A DNA stretch of 64,000 nt from Klebsormidium nitens. Its lineage: Eukaryota > Plantae > Klebsormidiophyceae. Positions 62,242 through 64,000 of the stretch are shown here, piece after piece. The position numbers were made by a program, and so were the translations under genes. The notes below the pieces were generated by a model. The model was not told the DNA's origin, ran no database searches, and worked only from the letters and a program-made list of their open reading frames with translations. The stretch is taken from assembly GCA_000708835.1 (NCBI GenBank), contig DF236954.1, forward strand, positions 174,052-238,051. The letters are read 5' to 3'. Every line of letters starts with the position of its first letter. Within the stretch, counting starts at the first letter, position 1.

Positions 62242-64000
62242 CTTGGAACGTGTCTCCTAGTGAATTCTTTGACCAGGTGGTTCTGAAAGTATGAACAAAG
62301 ACTTCAGAAAAGGTCTTCCTTCTGCATCACCGCCTACCAGTAGGCCCTTCCTTTCTTAACGCGGATTGAAAGGTCGACTACTTTTCGAACTACAGCCTGG
62401 CGCCTTTTCCAATCTTCCCACTCAGCAATGCTTTGTGACTGCTCTGATGGAAGAAAACTATAGGTAGATAGTTTGGGGCTACGTTGCGGTAAACCCCCTC
62501 GTGAACACACATGGACCGTCGGATGCCCGATTCAACGGTTGATTTTGCGCGGCCGCGCCCGGCATCGCGTCGATGGACGTGCCTTGAGATGCTCCTCTTT
62601 TCCGAACCTGACTTACGGCGGAGCGCTCAGCCTGCGGCTTGACTGTGATCTGGATTTTATCGTGGCGCTGGCAGGCACAAGTTGAATGGCCAAAAGAAGA
62701 AGAGCTAGCACAGCAACATCATATCACCTCGAAGATTTTGAGAGTTTGAGTCAAGAGCTTTGTCTCGCCTTGAAGATTAAAGCTGAAGGTGATTCTGCTT
62801 GAACGGTCTCTACCAGCTGGTAGGTACTCGCATCTTTATTTCCACCGGCCCAGCCTTCACCATCTCTGACTGATGACCCTTAAACTTGGCGCGTCTTTCC
62901 ATCCACCTTTGAAAGTACCAGTGCCTGACGGTACCAAATCTGTTCAAACTCCTTGACATCGTCACTCTGAAAGTTCCCGAACATACCTGGCATCGTCCAC
63001 TTCCGCTTAATCAGAGTCGATTCGAACTCAGCCAAAACCGGGTTTCCTTGCAGCTCTAGTGCCAAAGGAATCTTTGGCAATTGGATCTTTCCGCTAATCT
63101 TTGGAACCTTCAAGCTTCTCGACATAACCTCAGAACAGGTCCACAGGCTTATCGTTCATCGTAGTCAGACGGTCTCATAATATGCTACTGATGCCTCCCA
63201 AAATTGCGCCTTTGCTATCAATGTCCAATGGAAGCAGACAGATAGGCTGAAGCAAACCCTCAATCTATCCGTAACTTCAGCAGATTCCCTGAGCTCGTGC
63301 CTCTACAACGTGACTTTCAACTTGTAACACGAAGCCTACAGTAGAGTAGCCAGTGCTGTAATTTGCTTACAAATTAAGACTGAGGCGTAACCGTGTTCCA
63401 GCTTTGGTCCAATCAGCCCCTCCCAACCTGATGCGAAACTTTGCCGGTAGTGTGCTTCGGTTCACCTTCACGGCCGCCCTTCTCGAAGCCACTGGACGTC
63501 AGTGACCTCTGCAACTCGGTCAAGTGACGACCAGAGACTGTTCTTGGGTTTGCCAGCAAAGGATGGGGGCGATACCTGATTCGCGCGCGCTTTACATTAC
63601 AGGTGAACATATACTGAAGGGAAGCGGCTATTGCACATCGTGGCGGGGCCAAGGTGCTAGTCCCTTACATTTGAGAACAACGGTGGATCTGGCAGCGTCT
63701 GCGCGCGGGCTCCGCTCTTCGATTCTTCGTGATACGAAAAGCGGCATCGAAGTCAAAATCATCCTTTCAACGGGTTTGGAATTACTTTCTCCAAACGTGG
63801 CGAGCTTTACTGTAACGACTGTGCAGCAGACGGCCTGTGTGCTTCGCGCCCTCATGCTCCCAAAGGTTATGCACGTCATGCGTCCGGGCCTCGAGCAAGC
63901 ACTTGATCTTGCAAGCAGTCTGAGCAATTATACGTATACTGTATAGTTGAGTTCCTGGCCATTGTCAGAGGTAGTATAGCATCCTAGTCGGGTAGGGGAC

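Noticed and set aside
62880-63946. ORFs 62880-63125(-) and 63524-63946(+)
   Set aside because: No recognisable motifs, weak codon bias and nearby stops in flanking frames. They could be gene fragments at the window edge but are unsupported.

Overview
Eukaryotic, intron-rich, green-lineage genomic DNA with GT-AG introns, GC3-rich exons, plastid transit peptides and two assembly gaps. The style suggests a streptophyte alga such as Klebsormidium (inference). (1) Bases <1 to ~17,700 are the right-hand part of a large Mutator-like (MULE) DNA transposon. It carries a spliced DDE transposase on the minus strand that runs off the window, plus two unrecognised multi-exon cargo genes on the plus strand. 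About 28 copies of a 17-bp palindrome, GTCCCGTT(G/C)AACGGGAC, lie in the element's introns and spacers and nowhere in the other 46 kb. This layout recalls Arabidopsis VANDAL/VANC anti-silencing elements and is the best candidate for an undescribed system. (2) The host genes follow: a plastid-targeted FabH/OleA-like condensing enzyme with an in-frame TGA, two duplicated head-to-head F-box gene pairs whose minus-strand members are frameshifted, a plastid ferroportin (IREG3/MAR1-like), ALG3, AMP deaminase and a hypothetical membrane protein. (3) ALG3 intron 7 holds a cluster of at least five box C/D snoRNAs, three with recognisable rRNA guides. (4) Ten of the 16 AMP deaminase introns contain serial, progressively decayed copies of the adjacent exon boundary, spaced 110-185 bp apart. 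All exon models were built by eye from splice signals and phase consistency. All family assignments come from motif recognition, not database searches.
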